From positions 63,100 through 127,099 of the forward strand of contig CALVKR010000002.1 of assembly GCA_944332995.1 (NCBI GenBank): DNA of 64,000 nt, given 5' to 3'. This document shows, in pieces, positions 1 through 9,056 of the stretch. The notes beneath the pieces were generated by a model, which saw only the letters and a program-made list of their open reading frames with translations, had not been told where the DNA came from and did no database searches. The stretch comes from an uncultured Clostridia bacterium. Lineage in GTDB: Bacteria; Bacillota; Clostridia; Christensenellales; CAG-917. Numbering within the stretch: the first letter of the stretch is position 1; every line of letters starts with the position of its first letter. The position numbers were made by a program, and so were the translations under genes.

Positions 1-297
1 TACGACATAGTCACAAGCATCGTTTTTGACGACAAACAAAAATTGATAGATTTTTGCAGGGCGATACAGGAGTGCTCTCCGGTAGACAGCAACTTGTTCC
101 TCGAACCTTGGGATATGCCGGGATATCATCATCAAGTTATTATGGCGGCAGGAACGTTTGTAGCAGGTTCGTCAATAGAATTGAGTGCGGACGCACCCAT
201 TAAAGAGCCGTATATCGTTTACGTTCAAGGCGGATTAACTTACGAACATGCAAAAATAGCACTCGAAAACACGATATCAAAACTTGGATTGCTGTAG
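1..297 (+). CDS. hypothetical protein, 3' end of a CDS entering the window from upstream (partial)
   Basis: Frame 1 is open from base 1 (YDIVTSIVFDDKQK...) through the listed 43..297 ORF to TAG at 295-297. No family recognised by eye. Confidence 0.35.
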   Translation, partial: YDIVTSIVFDDKQKLIDFCRAIQECSPVDSNLFLEPWDMPGYHHQVIMAAGTFVAGSSIELSADAPIKEPYIVYVQGGLTYEHAKIALENTISKLGLL

Positions 298-1632
298 AAA
301 AAACTTGGATTTCCGTAAAAATAAAAACGCTGTAAAGATAGAAGGGTAAAGATTAGAAAATAAACCGTTTTGAATTTCCGCAATGCCACGGCAAATTAAA
401 GTCAACCAACTCAAACAAAAGCATCTGATAACGAACTTGGCAAGTTATTAAATTGAATTGAGATTGATTTATCAAATCAACCAAAGAGCAAATTGTCCAA
501 GGATAAAGTTTTATCAAACAAAAAATGCCCTCCAAAAAAAACATAAAATAAACAACAATACGAGTAAAGACACGAAGATAAAAAGGCGAGAGAAAACAAT
601 TTCTTTGATAAAGGCAAAAAAATAAGCAATTAGATATATTGATAAATATTTATTATTATCCGATAGATATTAGTTGGATATTTATCCAATATAAAATATT
701 ATAAATAAAATACCATAAAAAACATAATAAAACGACGTTATTTGAAGATTTATACGTCAACTATTATAAAAAATAAGGTTTTTTATAATAGTTTCGGTGA
801 TAAATCGAAACAAAAACGCTGTATTATGCCAAAAAAAATAGCTTTTCCCGGGCAATTTTAATACCTTTCGGACTATGAACGAGGAGTTCAGCCTTTATAA
901 GGCGGTAAATTGAGCAAATTTTAGCCAAAAATACGTCTATTTAGCAATATTACCGAGCATAAAATCGATTTTTTACGCATTTTAAAGGCAAAATCGGCAA
1001 ATTTTTACCATCAAACACCTTGTATCGATAGAAATCCCGACAATCAAGTTCCACAACGTTATAAAATTTGATATATTGACAATAAACAATTAAAGATTGC
1101 CGTAAATTCTATTTGACTTGTAAAATTTATCTGAATTGATTATTTACGGTCGGATAAATTCAAAATGTTTGATTTTTGCCCTATACAGCGGTCAAAATGC
1201 CCCTATCTTTTCGCAAAAGCCGTGTTTTGCGAAAAGATATTAACTCTATATTTTATTATTTTCAACTATTCTTCCCTATACCGAAAAGATTTTGCCTCGC
1301 CGTAAAAGTCATATTTGCCGTTATTTTTCGGTTTTGCTCATTCGTTTAATCCGCAATCAAAGCGGAAAATCTTCCTGTAACTGCTTGTGACTTCTTCTTT
1401 TAATACTCTGCCAGGTGTAGTTTTCTTCAATTTTTTTATGGCTATTTGCTCTGCCGTTTGTCAGATACTCCACTACACCGCAACAATTTAAACGCCTTCT
1501 TAAAAACGCTTTCCGTCTGTCAGATTATAAGATGTTATACTCTGCCGCCAATAGAAACACAGCCCTGAATAATTCAAAAAAAATTTTAAACTTTCATATT
1601 TTTTACTTCTTTTAAATTGTTTTAAAATTTCC

Positions 1633-1819
1633 TTGACTTTTTTTAAATATCAAATAAAATCTTAATTACGGTAACGACTTACCAACTGTCGCTAAGTTGG
1701 ACTTTTTGTAGCAACAAAGGCATTGTTTATCAATGTTCGTTATCAGAATGAAGGAAAAGAAATTTATTCTTTCAGACGTAGGAGCTTAAAATAACATGCC
1801 TACGTCCTTTCTTTTTTTT
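1633..1819 (+). ncRNA. candidate small RNA unit 1 (orphan promoter-to-terminator unit)
   Basis: TTGACT (1633-1638), 16-nt spacer, TAAAAT (1655-1660). Internal hairpins GGTAA/TTACC and CCAACT/AGTTGG. Intrinsic terminator GACGTAGG (1775-1782) / CCTACGTC (1799-1806) followed by a T-run to 1819. No SD-led ORF inside. Confidence 0.35.
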
Positions 1820-2181
1820 AGCTTTTCCCTCAAAACGAACAAAAGATTTTTTATGAGAGAATCTGCCAACTTTTTCTAAGTCGCTTTTTTCGTTTTAACT
1901 CAATATATTCGCTGTTTTTTTAACAAACTTTAACGATCTACTTAGGAGAAATCTTCTCAATAACCCATTCATAACCCATTCAATGGCCTCTGCCCTATTT
2001 TTCACCCGAAACTTTCGCTTTTGGACTATGAACAGCACTGAATTCGATTGTGGATACACTGCCCTATATAATCACCAGGCGCTATTTTACAGTTTGAAAT
2101 TAAACGGTGTTTCAGATTTAATTCGTTTTAAACGGCGTTTAACGGTTTTTTCGGTTTTTTAGGTTTTTTTATCTTTTATTC

Positions 2182-2313
2182 TTGACACACCGTTTATTTT
2201 ATGTTACTATCTTTGGCGAGCTCAAAAGAGACTCACGACCTCGAAAGAGGATAAGGCAGGCAAAGATTAAGTTCTTTGCACCCCCAGGTTAAAAACTGGG
2301 GCTTTCTTTTTTT
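2182..2313 (+). ncRNA. candidate small RNA unit 2 (orphan promoter-to-terminator unit, ~95 nt)
   Basis: TTGACA (2182-2187), 17-nt spacer with TGn, TACTAT (2205-2210). Transcript contains a CCTC-GAAA-GAGG tetraloop hairpin and a GCAAAGA/TCTTTGC hairpin. Terminator CCCCAG (2282-2287) / CTGGGG (2296-2301) plus T-run to 2313. Confidence 0.4.
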
Positions 2314-2555
2314 ATTGACTATTTTTTATCTTTTGGTTTACTCACCCTACCCTTTAATTTTTTATTTTTTTCAAGAGTGTCCTTAGACTGTTTATCTTTA
2401 TGTAAAACAATATTTTGAATTTTTTCTACTTGCTATTTGTGCAAATTATATGCCCGAGAATTTTCCTTAAATTTGTATCCGTCAACTTTTATTGGATTAC
2501 CCTCATCGTCTTCTATTTCAATAAAATGTTTAAAAAAAGAAGTTTTTTATTTTTC

Positions 2556-2710
2556 TTGACAAAATATAATAATATAAATTATACTATCACAAGCAAGTGA
2601 TTTAATTTGCCATAAATATCAAATTAGTCAAACGCCTTCACTTCCTACAGTGAGGAGTAGAGACTGAAATAAGTTCTCTACGGCAGTGACAGAAATGTCA
2701 CTGTTTTTTT
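2556..2710 (+). ncRNA. candidate small RNA unit 3 (orphan promoter-to-terminator unit, ~120 nt)
   Basis: TTGACA (2556-2561), 18-nt spacer, TATACT (2580-2585). Hairpin GTAGAGA/TCTCTAC. Terminator CAGTGAC (2684-2690) / GTCACTG (2697-2703) plus T7 (2704-2710). The downstream methyltransferase gene has its own promoter-like sequence and RBS. Confidence 0.4.
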
Positions 2711-2886
2711 ATTTATATAAACGTTTAATTTTTTTTATCTCTCGTTGTTAATTTGAGTTCTGGCTAAAAATAACTTCATAAACAACTTTGCAAACGCCGT
2801 TTTGCTTTTCGGTCTTTTAAATAAACTTTGATATTGAAATTTTAACAAATTTATAGTAATATAATATAAAGATACAAGGAGGATAT

Positions 2887-3561
2887 ATGATTTTTAAAGG
2901 CTGGGATTGGGAAAAGAATAAGGATAATTATTGGCTGACGCCGGATAACGACGCCTATTTTTTGGCTGAACGCTTCCACGATTTGGGATATAAAGAAATT
3001 TTCGATTTGGGCGTAGGACTTGGCAGACATTCGATATTTTTTGCAAACAGAGGATTTAACGTAAAAGGTATCGATATTTCCGAATATGCCGTAAAGCATC
3101 TTAAAGAGATAGCCGACGACAACAATCTCAACATCGAAGTAAAATGCGCCAATATGTTGTCAATTCCTTTCGCCGACAACTCTTTTGACGTCGTGTTTTC
3201 CTTTAACGTCATATATCATACCGACACCAAAGGCTTTCAAACTGTTCTTGGCGAAATCAAACGAGTCTTAAAAAGCGGCGGTGAATTTTTCTTTACGATG
3301 ATTTCGAAAAATTCGGTAACGTTTCGGGACCCGTCATACCCTAAAACTTTTGTAGACGAAAACACGCTCATAATCGACGCTAAAGAAGCAGAAAAGGACG
3401 TGCCGCATTTTTACGTAAATCTTGCGGATATAAAAAATCTGTTTTCCGCAGATTTTGATTTCGTTTCACCCATAAAAGAGGTTGAAACCACGGAGATATT
3501 GCCGGACGGCTCGTTTAAAGAATTTTCAAGACATTTCGTTTTGCATCTAAAGAAGAAGTGA
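2887..3561 (+). CDS. class I SAM-dependent methyltransferase
   Basis: 224-aa ORF with a motif-I-like DLGVGLGRHS and downstream FDVVFSFNVIYH / LKSGGEFFF typical of Methyltransf_11/25-type enzymes. AAGGAGG RBS directly upstream of the ATG. Confidence 0.8.
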   Translation: MIFKGWDWEKNKDNYWLTPDNDAYFLAERFHDLGYKEIFDLGVGLGRHSIFFANRGFNVKGIDISEYAVKHLKEIADDNNLNIEVKCANMLSIPFADNSFDVVFSFNVIYHTDTKGFQTVLGEIKRVLKSGGEFFFTMISKNSVTFRDPSYPKTFVDENTLIIDAKEAEKDVPHFYVNLADIKNLFSADFDFVSPIKEVETTEILPDGSFKEFSRHFVLHLKKK

Positions 3562-3661
3562 GATAGTTTGTAAGTTATATATAATAACAGCTAAATTGCG
3601 ACGTCAAACAATGGCTGTAAAACAGCTTTGATTGACACATGCTCAATAGATAAATAAAAGG

Positions 3662-3682
3662 CCTGCAATTGCAGGTTTTTTA
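3662..3682 (+). terminator. intrinsic terminator after the methyltransferase gene
   Basis: CCTGC-AATT-GCAGG hairpin followed by TTTTTT. Confidence 0.6.
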
Positions 3683-4017
3683 TTTGTTTTATTATGAATA
3701 AATGCTTAATATCCCCTCACCTCTTTCAATATCAACATAAATGAGCATCTTTACGCAGACGTTTTTAAAAGCGTATTTCGTTATAAAATTTTTACAAAAT
3801 TTGTTTGATGGTTTTAAAAAACATTTTAATTTAAAAAACGACAAACGTTGATTTTAGTAAAACAAGTCAGGCAAATTTGCATTGCCGTTTGATTGATTTA
3901 GCCGTTAAAACAAATTTAGCACAAATTGCAAAAAAAATTGACAAAAACGCCAATATGCGGTTTTTTATAGGTAAAAATAATTATACACATAGGACTATTA
4001 TCGGCTATAATAAAACT

Positions 4018-4917
4018 ATGACAGGACTTATTGTGGCATCTTTTATATTAACCGCCCTTATTGCCTATCTTATAGGCAGTTTGAATTTTAGCATAATAAT
4101 CGTTAAAACGGTGGCTAAATTCGACATCAGAAGCAAAGGCAGTAAAAACGCCGGCTCAACCAACGTGTTCAGAACTGTTGGCGCAAAAATCGCAGCACTT
4201 ACCCTATTGCTCGATTTTGCCAAAGCTATTGCCGCAAGCGGACTTACCGTGCTGATTTTCACTTTTTTGGCTCAATCACCCTACAAGACGGATTTGTGTA
4301 CGTTCGGCTTGTGCGCCGCTTCCCTGTTTTGCGTGCTCGGGCATATGTATCCCTTATACTTCGGCTTTAAAGGCGGAAAAGGAGTTGCTACATATGCAGG
4401 CTCGCTCATGGTGGTTCACCCCATACTCGTATTGATATCGCTTGTAACTTTTGCGATTTTGGTTGCCATAACGAAAAAAGCGTCGCTCGGCTCGATACTC
4501 AGTTGCATAACCTATCTTATCGCCCTTACCGTGTATACCGCAATATTTAAAACTTTTGATACTTCTTTCGGAATAGAATTTGCCATAAGCTGCGCAACCG
4601 CCATCGTCATCATTATTAAACATCGCTCTAACATCGTCAGATTGATAAAAGGCGAGGAAAATAAGCTCGATTTCTCAAAAAAGCATAAACAAAACGACGC
4701 TACCGCCGACGAATCGGAAGCAACGCAAAACGGCACAGACAACTGCGAAAAACGTAGCGGAAACAAAACGAGAAATATTCACGACTCGGTAGATAACAAC
4801 GACCTTTTAAACCAAAATAATGAAAACCATAGCGCTGAAAATAAAAATGACTTAGCTCAAAAATCAGTCGAAACAAGTGATATTGAATATAGCGAACGAG
4901 ATAAACATAATTTTTAA
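4018..4917 (+). CDS. plsY: glycerol-3-phosphate acyltransferase PlsY with ~100-aa low-complexity C-terminal tail
   Basis: From Met48 of the listed ORF: MTGLIVASFILTALIAYLIGSLNF..., GSKNAGSTNVFR and FKGGKGVAT motifs typical of PlsY. The listed TTG start at 3877 adds 47 non-PlsY residues. The tail after KHRSNIVRLIKGEENK is N/D/E/S-rich. Confidence 0.85.
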   Translation: MTGLIVASFILTALIAYLIGSLNFSIIIVKTVAKFDIRSKGSKNAGSTNVFRTVGAKIAALTLLLDFAKAIAASGLTVLIFTFLAQSPYKTDLCTFGLCAASLFCVLGHMYPLYFGFKGGKGVATYAGSLMVVHPILVLISLVTFAILVAITKKASLGSILSCITYLIALTVYTAIFKTFDTSFGIEFAISCATAIVIIIKHRSNIVRLIKGEENKLDFSKKHKQNDATADESEATQNGTDNCEKRSGNKTRNIHDSVDNNDLLNQNNENHSAENKNDLAQKSVETSDIEYSERDKHNF

Positions 4918-4981
4918 TACTGAAATTTTTATATTTGAAATTGCACATTTATAATCCTTGTCATAATACAAAAAATGTCAT

Positions 4982-5018
4982 AAAAAAAATAAAACCTTGT
5001 CATAAAACAAGGTTTTTT
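4982..5018. terminator. bidirectional terminator between convergent plsY and the TIM-barrel gene
   Basis: AACCTTGT-CATAAA-ACAAGGTT hairpin flanked by an A-run on the left and a T-run on the right. Confidence 0.6.
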
Positions 5019-5069
5019 AATGTAAATCATAAAACGTTTATTTTTCATTTATTTTTTATTTCACGGTTT

Positions 5070-5939
5070 TTAATTTTGCTTTGACTCAAGCAAGTTGAAG
5101 TAAACGTCTTTCATAAATTTGGCGTCCTCTGCCTGAGTTCCTGCCGATTCCGATAAAATGTGCGGCGAAAGTTTATATTCGATGAGAGCCTCTGCAAGCG
5201 GTTCAAACTCCGGTCCGAATACGTTATCTTCAAAAGTGAGGTGCCTCTTTTCCCCTTTTGCCGTATATTCGATTTTGGAAAAATGAACGTGCATAGCGTT
5301 CGTCTTTTCAAAACCCACCCCGTTGATGAGTTTATCGAGAATTATTTTATAATCGTCTTTTGTCTTTAAAATACCGCCCTCTCTAGCGTTTACATGTCCG
5401 AAATCTATACAAGGATAAATCGTTTCGTCTATCTTGCAAAGCTCGACAATTTCGTCGACAGTCCCTATCTGCGCAATTTTACCCATCGTTTCAGGACAAA
5501 CAATCAAATCGTCGTATCCGTTTTCGCGTTTAGCCTGCGCCATTAGCTCCACACCTTTGAGCGTTCTTGCAAACGCTTCGGCGCGGGGCATTCCGTTTTC
5601 GCTTCCCGGGTGAAAAACGCAGCGCTCCCCTCCAAAATCTTTTAAAATCGCAAGCGACTGCAATATGTAATTTATCGAGTTTGCGACTTTTATTTCTTCA
5701 ACACTCGCAAAATTGATAAAATACGGGGCGTGAACGCTGATTTCGATTCCGCACCTTTTTGCCTCCTCTCCGAAGGTTTTAGCCGTTGCCGACCCTATCC
5801 TGACACCCTGCCCCAGGGAATACTCAAACAAATCAAGCCCCATGTTTTTTACCCATTCAAAAGCGTCGAGCGTCGATACGTGCCCTTCATTTGTAAAACT
5901 TGCCGAATTCCCGGACGGTCCGAATTTAATCATTTGCAT
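5070..5939 (-). CDS. TIM-barrel protein, AP endonuclease family 2 / endonuclease IV-like (xylose isomerase-like fold)
   Basis: MQMIKFGPSGNS..., SVHAPYFINFAS, CVFHPGS, CPETMGK, IDFGHVNA and HVHFS resemble the metal-ligand strands of Nfo-like TIM barrels. Start chosen at Met18 of the listed ORF, overlapping the ribF stop. Confidence 0.6.
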   Translation of the reverse strand: MQMIKFGPSGNSASFTNEGHVSTLDAFEWVKNMGLDLFEYSLGQGVRIGSATAKTFGEEAKRCGIEISVHAPYFINFASVEEIKVANSINYILQSLAILKDFGGERCVFHPGSENGMPRAEAFARTLKGVELMAQAKRENGYDDLIVCPETMGKIAQIGTVDEIVELCKIDETIYPCIDFGHVNAREGGILKTKDDYKIILDKLINGVGFEKTNAMHVHFSKIEYTAKGEKRHLTFEDNVFGPEFEPLAEALIEYKLSPHILSESAGTQAEDAKFMKDVYFNLLESKQN

Positions 5940-6861
5940 CACCTTCAATTTTATCTTCACCGTAAAACAACCGTTTTGCGCTTTCCGCATCGCTCATTAT
6001 CTGCTGTTTAAGCTCGGCAGAATCGGAAAATTTGCGGATAGGTCTTAAATATTTATAAAATGAAACTTTTACCGTTTCGCCGTAAATAGTGCCGTGGAAG
6101 TCGATGAGGAAAGATTCCACGGTATATGAATAATCGTCAAACGTGGGTTTGTCGCCAACGTTGGTTACAGCCGGGTATTCGACGCCGTCCACGTGGCATT
6201 TTGTTGCGTATACGCCGCTCTTGAGTTTAATCCTGCCAACTCTGCCCCTAACGTTTGCCGTGGGGCAACCAAACGTCCTGCCCCTCTTACAGTCGCTGAC
6301 AATGACGTCGGATATAAAATACGGCTCATAGAGAAGTTTGTTTGCCGTTTCCAGGTCGCCGTTGACAAGCATATCGGATATCATGGATGTGGAAACTTTT
6401 TCACCATGAAACAACACAAAATCTTCGACGACAAGTTTTACTTTTTTTGAGTCGGTATATTTTTTCAGTTCGTCGATACCGCAAGACGCACGTCTGCCAA
6501 AACGGTAATCGCTGCCGCAAACTACCCCTTTTACGTCAAAATTGTTAAACAGCAAATCAAGGAAATCAACGCCTCGCAAATCGGCAAATTTATTGTCGAG
6601 CGTCGCAACGATGATGTTATCAATTCCTATGCTTTTAAACAACGATTGCCTTTCTCTAAAAGAATAAATTTCATTCGGTTTTTTAAATATTCCTTCACGT
6701 TCGCTAAAAGTAAATACGTCGCATTCCGCCCCGAGAGAATCGGCAAGCGTTTTTGCGGTGGAAATAAGTTTACGATGTCCTATATGTACGCAATCGAAAA
6801 ATCCGAGAGCAATAACTATCGGTTTTTCCCTATTTTCGGTATAAATATCCTTTACGTTCAT
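5926..6861 (-). CDS. ribF: bifunctional riboflavin kinase / FMN adenylyltransferase
   Basis: GFFDCVHIGHRKLI nucleotidyltransferase motif, C-terminal riboflavin kinase region (GCPTANV...), and conserved truB-ribF synteny. Confidence 0.9.
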   Translation of the reverse strand: MNVKDIYTENREKPIVIALGFFDCVHIGHRKLISTAKTLADSLGAECDVFTFSEREGIFKKPNEIYSFRERQSLFKSIGIDNIIVATLDNKFADLRGVDFLDLLFNNFDVKGVVCGSDYRFGRRASCGIDELKKYTDSKKVKLVVEDFVLFHGEKVSTSMISDMLVNGDLETANKLLYEPYFISDVIVSDCKRGRTFGCPTANVRGRVGRIKLKSGVYATKCHVDGVEYPAVTNVGDKPTFDDYSYTVESFLIDFHGTIYGETVKVSFYKYLRPIRKFSDSAELKQQIMSDAESAKRLFYGEDKIEGDAND

Positions 6862-7180
6862 ATTCAGCTTCCGTTCCTGTTTATCAAAATTTATCTAAAG
6901 TTATCTCAAGCAAAACCTTCGTTATACTCGGTTTAGCTCTTAAACTATATATCATAACTCATATCCTGGCGACTGTTTAGTAGCGTCAATTTGCATTTTA
7001 AAAATTTAGTCTTTCCTTGCCTCAAATGACAAGATAATTGCCATGTTTTAGCGTGGAGTACTCTATAAAATGCGTTTTTTGATAATAATATCGCATTTAT
7101 AGAACTTTTATCATAGCAAACAGCCGTTTCTGATTTTTAACCTCTTTTACACTTCCACGAAAACCGAAAAAGACAAAAGG

Positions 7181-8044
7181 TCAAATCCTCGTCTTTAAAA
7201 CGAGCTTGCCCTTTATCGCCTCGCAAACGGCTTTAATCTCTCCATCCGTTTCAAGATAAAAATCGCCTTTCGGCATATCCTCAAGAGAATTTAAAACAAG
7301 TCCGTTAAGAGCCTTTTGCGCCATATCCGCTTGAAGTGCATATCTTTTTAAAGGCAAAAGTTTTTCAAAACTTAGGACGTATTTTACAGGCTCTTTTTCA
7401 AATTCCTCAAGCGTAACGCAATCGTTAAGAGATATCGAGCCGCTCCGTTCCCTTATTATATATTTCATATATCCCAAGGTGTTTAAAGACTTTGCCATAT
7501 CTCGGGCTATGCTTCTGATATACGTGCCCGAAGAACAGTTTATCCTGAACTCAAACGAGTTTTTTGCAATTTCACCCAAAAGATCGACAGAATAAATTTC
7601 TATCTCTCTTGCCTGTAATGGGGCTTCAATCCCCTTTCGGGCAAGCGTATAAGCCTTGACGCCGTTAATGCTCAGCGCAGAATACTGAGGCGGCATTTGC
7701 ATGAGTTTTCCGATAAACCGAGGTAAAACGGCTTTGACGTCTTCCGCCGTCACTTTGGCATTGTCCGTTGCGGTAACTTTTCCGCTTTCGTCCAAAGTGT
7801 CCGTTTCTTTGCCGAAACAAAATGCGGCACGGTAAGTCTTATCCTTTTTAAGAACGTAATCAAACAGTCTGTTTGCCGTTCCTATTCCTACGATGAGCAC
7901 TCCTTGACCGTCCGGATCGAGTGTTCCGAAATGCCCTGCCTTTTGTTTTTCGCCAATTGCACGGCTTAAGATATTTCTCACTTTAACGACGACGTCGCTT
8001 GAAGTCATGCCTTTTGGTTTATTTATACAAACTATTCCCTTCAT
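7181..8044 (-). CDS. truB: tRNA pseudouridine(55) synthase TruB
   Basis: KPKGMTSSDVV and GHFGTLDPDGQGVLIVGIG (catalytic Asp motif). Start at the MKGIVCINKP Met, directly after the nrnA stop. Confidence 0.9.
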   Translation of the reverse strand: MKGIVCINKPKGMTSSDVVVKVRNILSRAIGEKQKAGHFGTLDPDGQGVLIVGIGTANRLFDYVLKKDKTYRAAFCFGKETDTLDESGKVTATDNAKVTAEDVKAVLPRFIGKLMQMPPQYSALSINGVKAYTLARKGIEAPLQAREIEIYSVDLLGEIAKNSFEFRINCSSGTYIRSIARDMAKSLNTLGYMKYIIRERSGSISLNDCVTLEEFEKEPVKYVLSFEKLLPLKRYALQADMAQKALNGLVLNSLEDMPKGDFYLETDGEIKAVCEAIKGKLVLKTRI

Positions 8045-9024
8045 AAAAGCCTGTCTCTCGCCACTTTCAAGAGTTTGTCGCAAACGTCTTCGAGGTAGCC
8101 GTTAAGCCTGCACCCTGCCGCCCTGACGTGACCGCCACCGCCGAAACAAGACGCACACTCGTTTGCGTCAATATATTTTTTTGTGCGTATAGAAACCTTG
8201 TAATTAGTCGGATTTACTTCGCTTACGGCGAACGCAATCTCCACGCCTTCGACGTTTACGGCGGAAGAGACGATACCGTTCGTATCGAAAATAGTTGTAT
8301 TTGTCGCTAAAAAGTCCTCTTTAAGAATACGAACAACGGCTATTTTACCGTCCTCATAAAATTTGCATTTTGAAAGAACTCTGTTTGACAAATCAAAAAC
8401 TTTTTTCTCTTTTTTTCTGAACACGTTGTATAAAACTTCGTCGTAATCAAAATCGTATTCGTAAATTTTTGCCGCATTGAGGTGCGTCGTCTTGGTGACG
8501 TTTGAAAAACCGAAGCAACCGGTATCTGCAACAATACCGCCAAACAATATTTTTGCGATATCGGCATCCATTAAATTTTGCGACAAAATTATGTTCATGA
8601 CAATCTCGCTGCACGACGCCGAAAAACAATCCAACACCGTAACTTTGGCGAAATTGATATGTCCTTTGTGATGGTCGACTGCTCCGTTGTCTTTGGCTCT
8701 TAAGAATATCTTTGCCGAATTTCCGAGCCTTGTTATGTCGCTGCAATCGACGGACAGAGCAAAGTCGTATGCGTTGTCCGAATTTTTTAAGACAGACGAA
8801 GAATCGAGCATAAATTCAAGACAGGAAGGCATATCGTCGTCGCAGAACACGTCAACCTGTTTCCCCTGTTTTTCAAGCGCCGCTTTCATGGCGAACGCAG
8901 AACAAAAAGTATCCGGGTCGGGACTTATATGGCAAAAAAGAGCAACGGTCTTTGCTCTTTTCATATTGTTTAAAAGCTGAGATATGTTTTGATTTGTATC
9001 CTTTGCCATTATTCCCTCTGTCAA
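8041..9024 (-). CDS. nrnA: DHH/DHHA1 family phosphoesterase (NrnA-like oligoribonuclease / pAp phosphatase)
   Basis: DPDTFCSA and AVDHHK DHH motifs and a C-terminal GGGGHVRAAG DHHA1 motif. Lies between rbfA and truB, as in many Firmicutes. Confidence 0.8.
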   Translation of the reverse strand: MTEGIMAKDTNQNISQLLNNMKRAKTVALFCHISPDPDTFCSAFAMKAALEKQGKQVDVFCDDDMPSCLEFMLDSSSVLKNSDNAYDFALSVDCSDITRLGNSAKIFLRAKDNGAVDHHKGHINFAKVTVLDCFSASCSEIVMNIILSQNLMDADIAKILFGGIVADTGCFGFSNVTKTTHLNAAKIYEYDFDYDEVLYNVFRKKEKKVFDLSNRVLSKCKFYEDGKIAVVRILKEDFLATNTTIFDTNGIVSSAVNVEGVEIAFAVSEVNPTNYKVSIRTKKYIDANECASCFGGGGHVRAAGCRLNGYLEDVCDKLLKVARDRLL

Positions 9025-9056
9025 CGCCTTTATGCGGCAATTTTATTCTTTTAAAT

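Noticed and set aside
2211-2300. Candidate sRNA 2 as a small SRP (4.5S) RNA, because of CCUC-GAAA-GAGG followed by AAGGCAG.
   Set aside because: It lacks the conserved helix-8 symmetric and asymmetric loop sequences (e.g. GGAAGCAGCC / CAGGUC). The resemblance is limited to a tetraloop and a 7-mer.
2396-2406. dif-like sequences: TTATGTAAAAC (2396-2406, resembling the XerD arm of B. subtilis dif) and GAATTTTATAA-CGTAAT-TTATGATAACA (about 60335-60362, in the convergent rnhA/ispH spacer).
   Set aside because: The first has no matching left arm. The second has only moderate arm symmetry and TATAA instead of CATAA. About 43 kb of co-oriented essential genes argue that this window is not the terminus. 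Chance matches are likely in AT-rich DNA.
2433-2546. A start-less 37-codon minus-strand frame (...KHFIEIEDDEGNPIKVDGYKFKENSRAYNLHK*) as a pseudogene remnant.
   Set aside because: It is too short and unanchored to call, and no family was recognised. It is mentioned only as weak support for gene decay in the ORF-free tract.
3877-4017. N-terminal extensions from the listed alternative starts of plsY, truB (8083), nusA (13613), uppS (21359), pyrH (22754), spoVAE (41774), the UPF0340 gene (46694), lrp (51583), ispH (63002) and the 32021 membrane protein (32659).
   Set aside because: Internal ATGs align with family N-termini, usually have a proper SD, and avoid overlap with upstream genes or hairpins. 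The longer forms add non-homologous residues.
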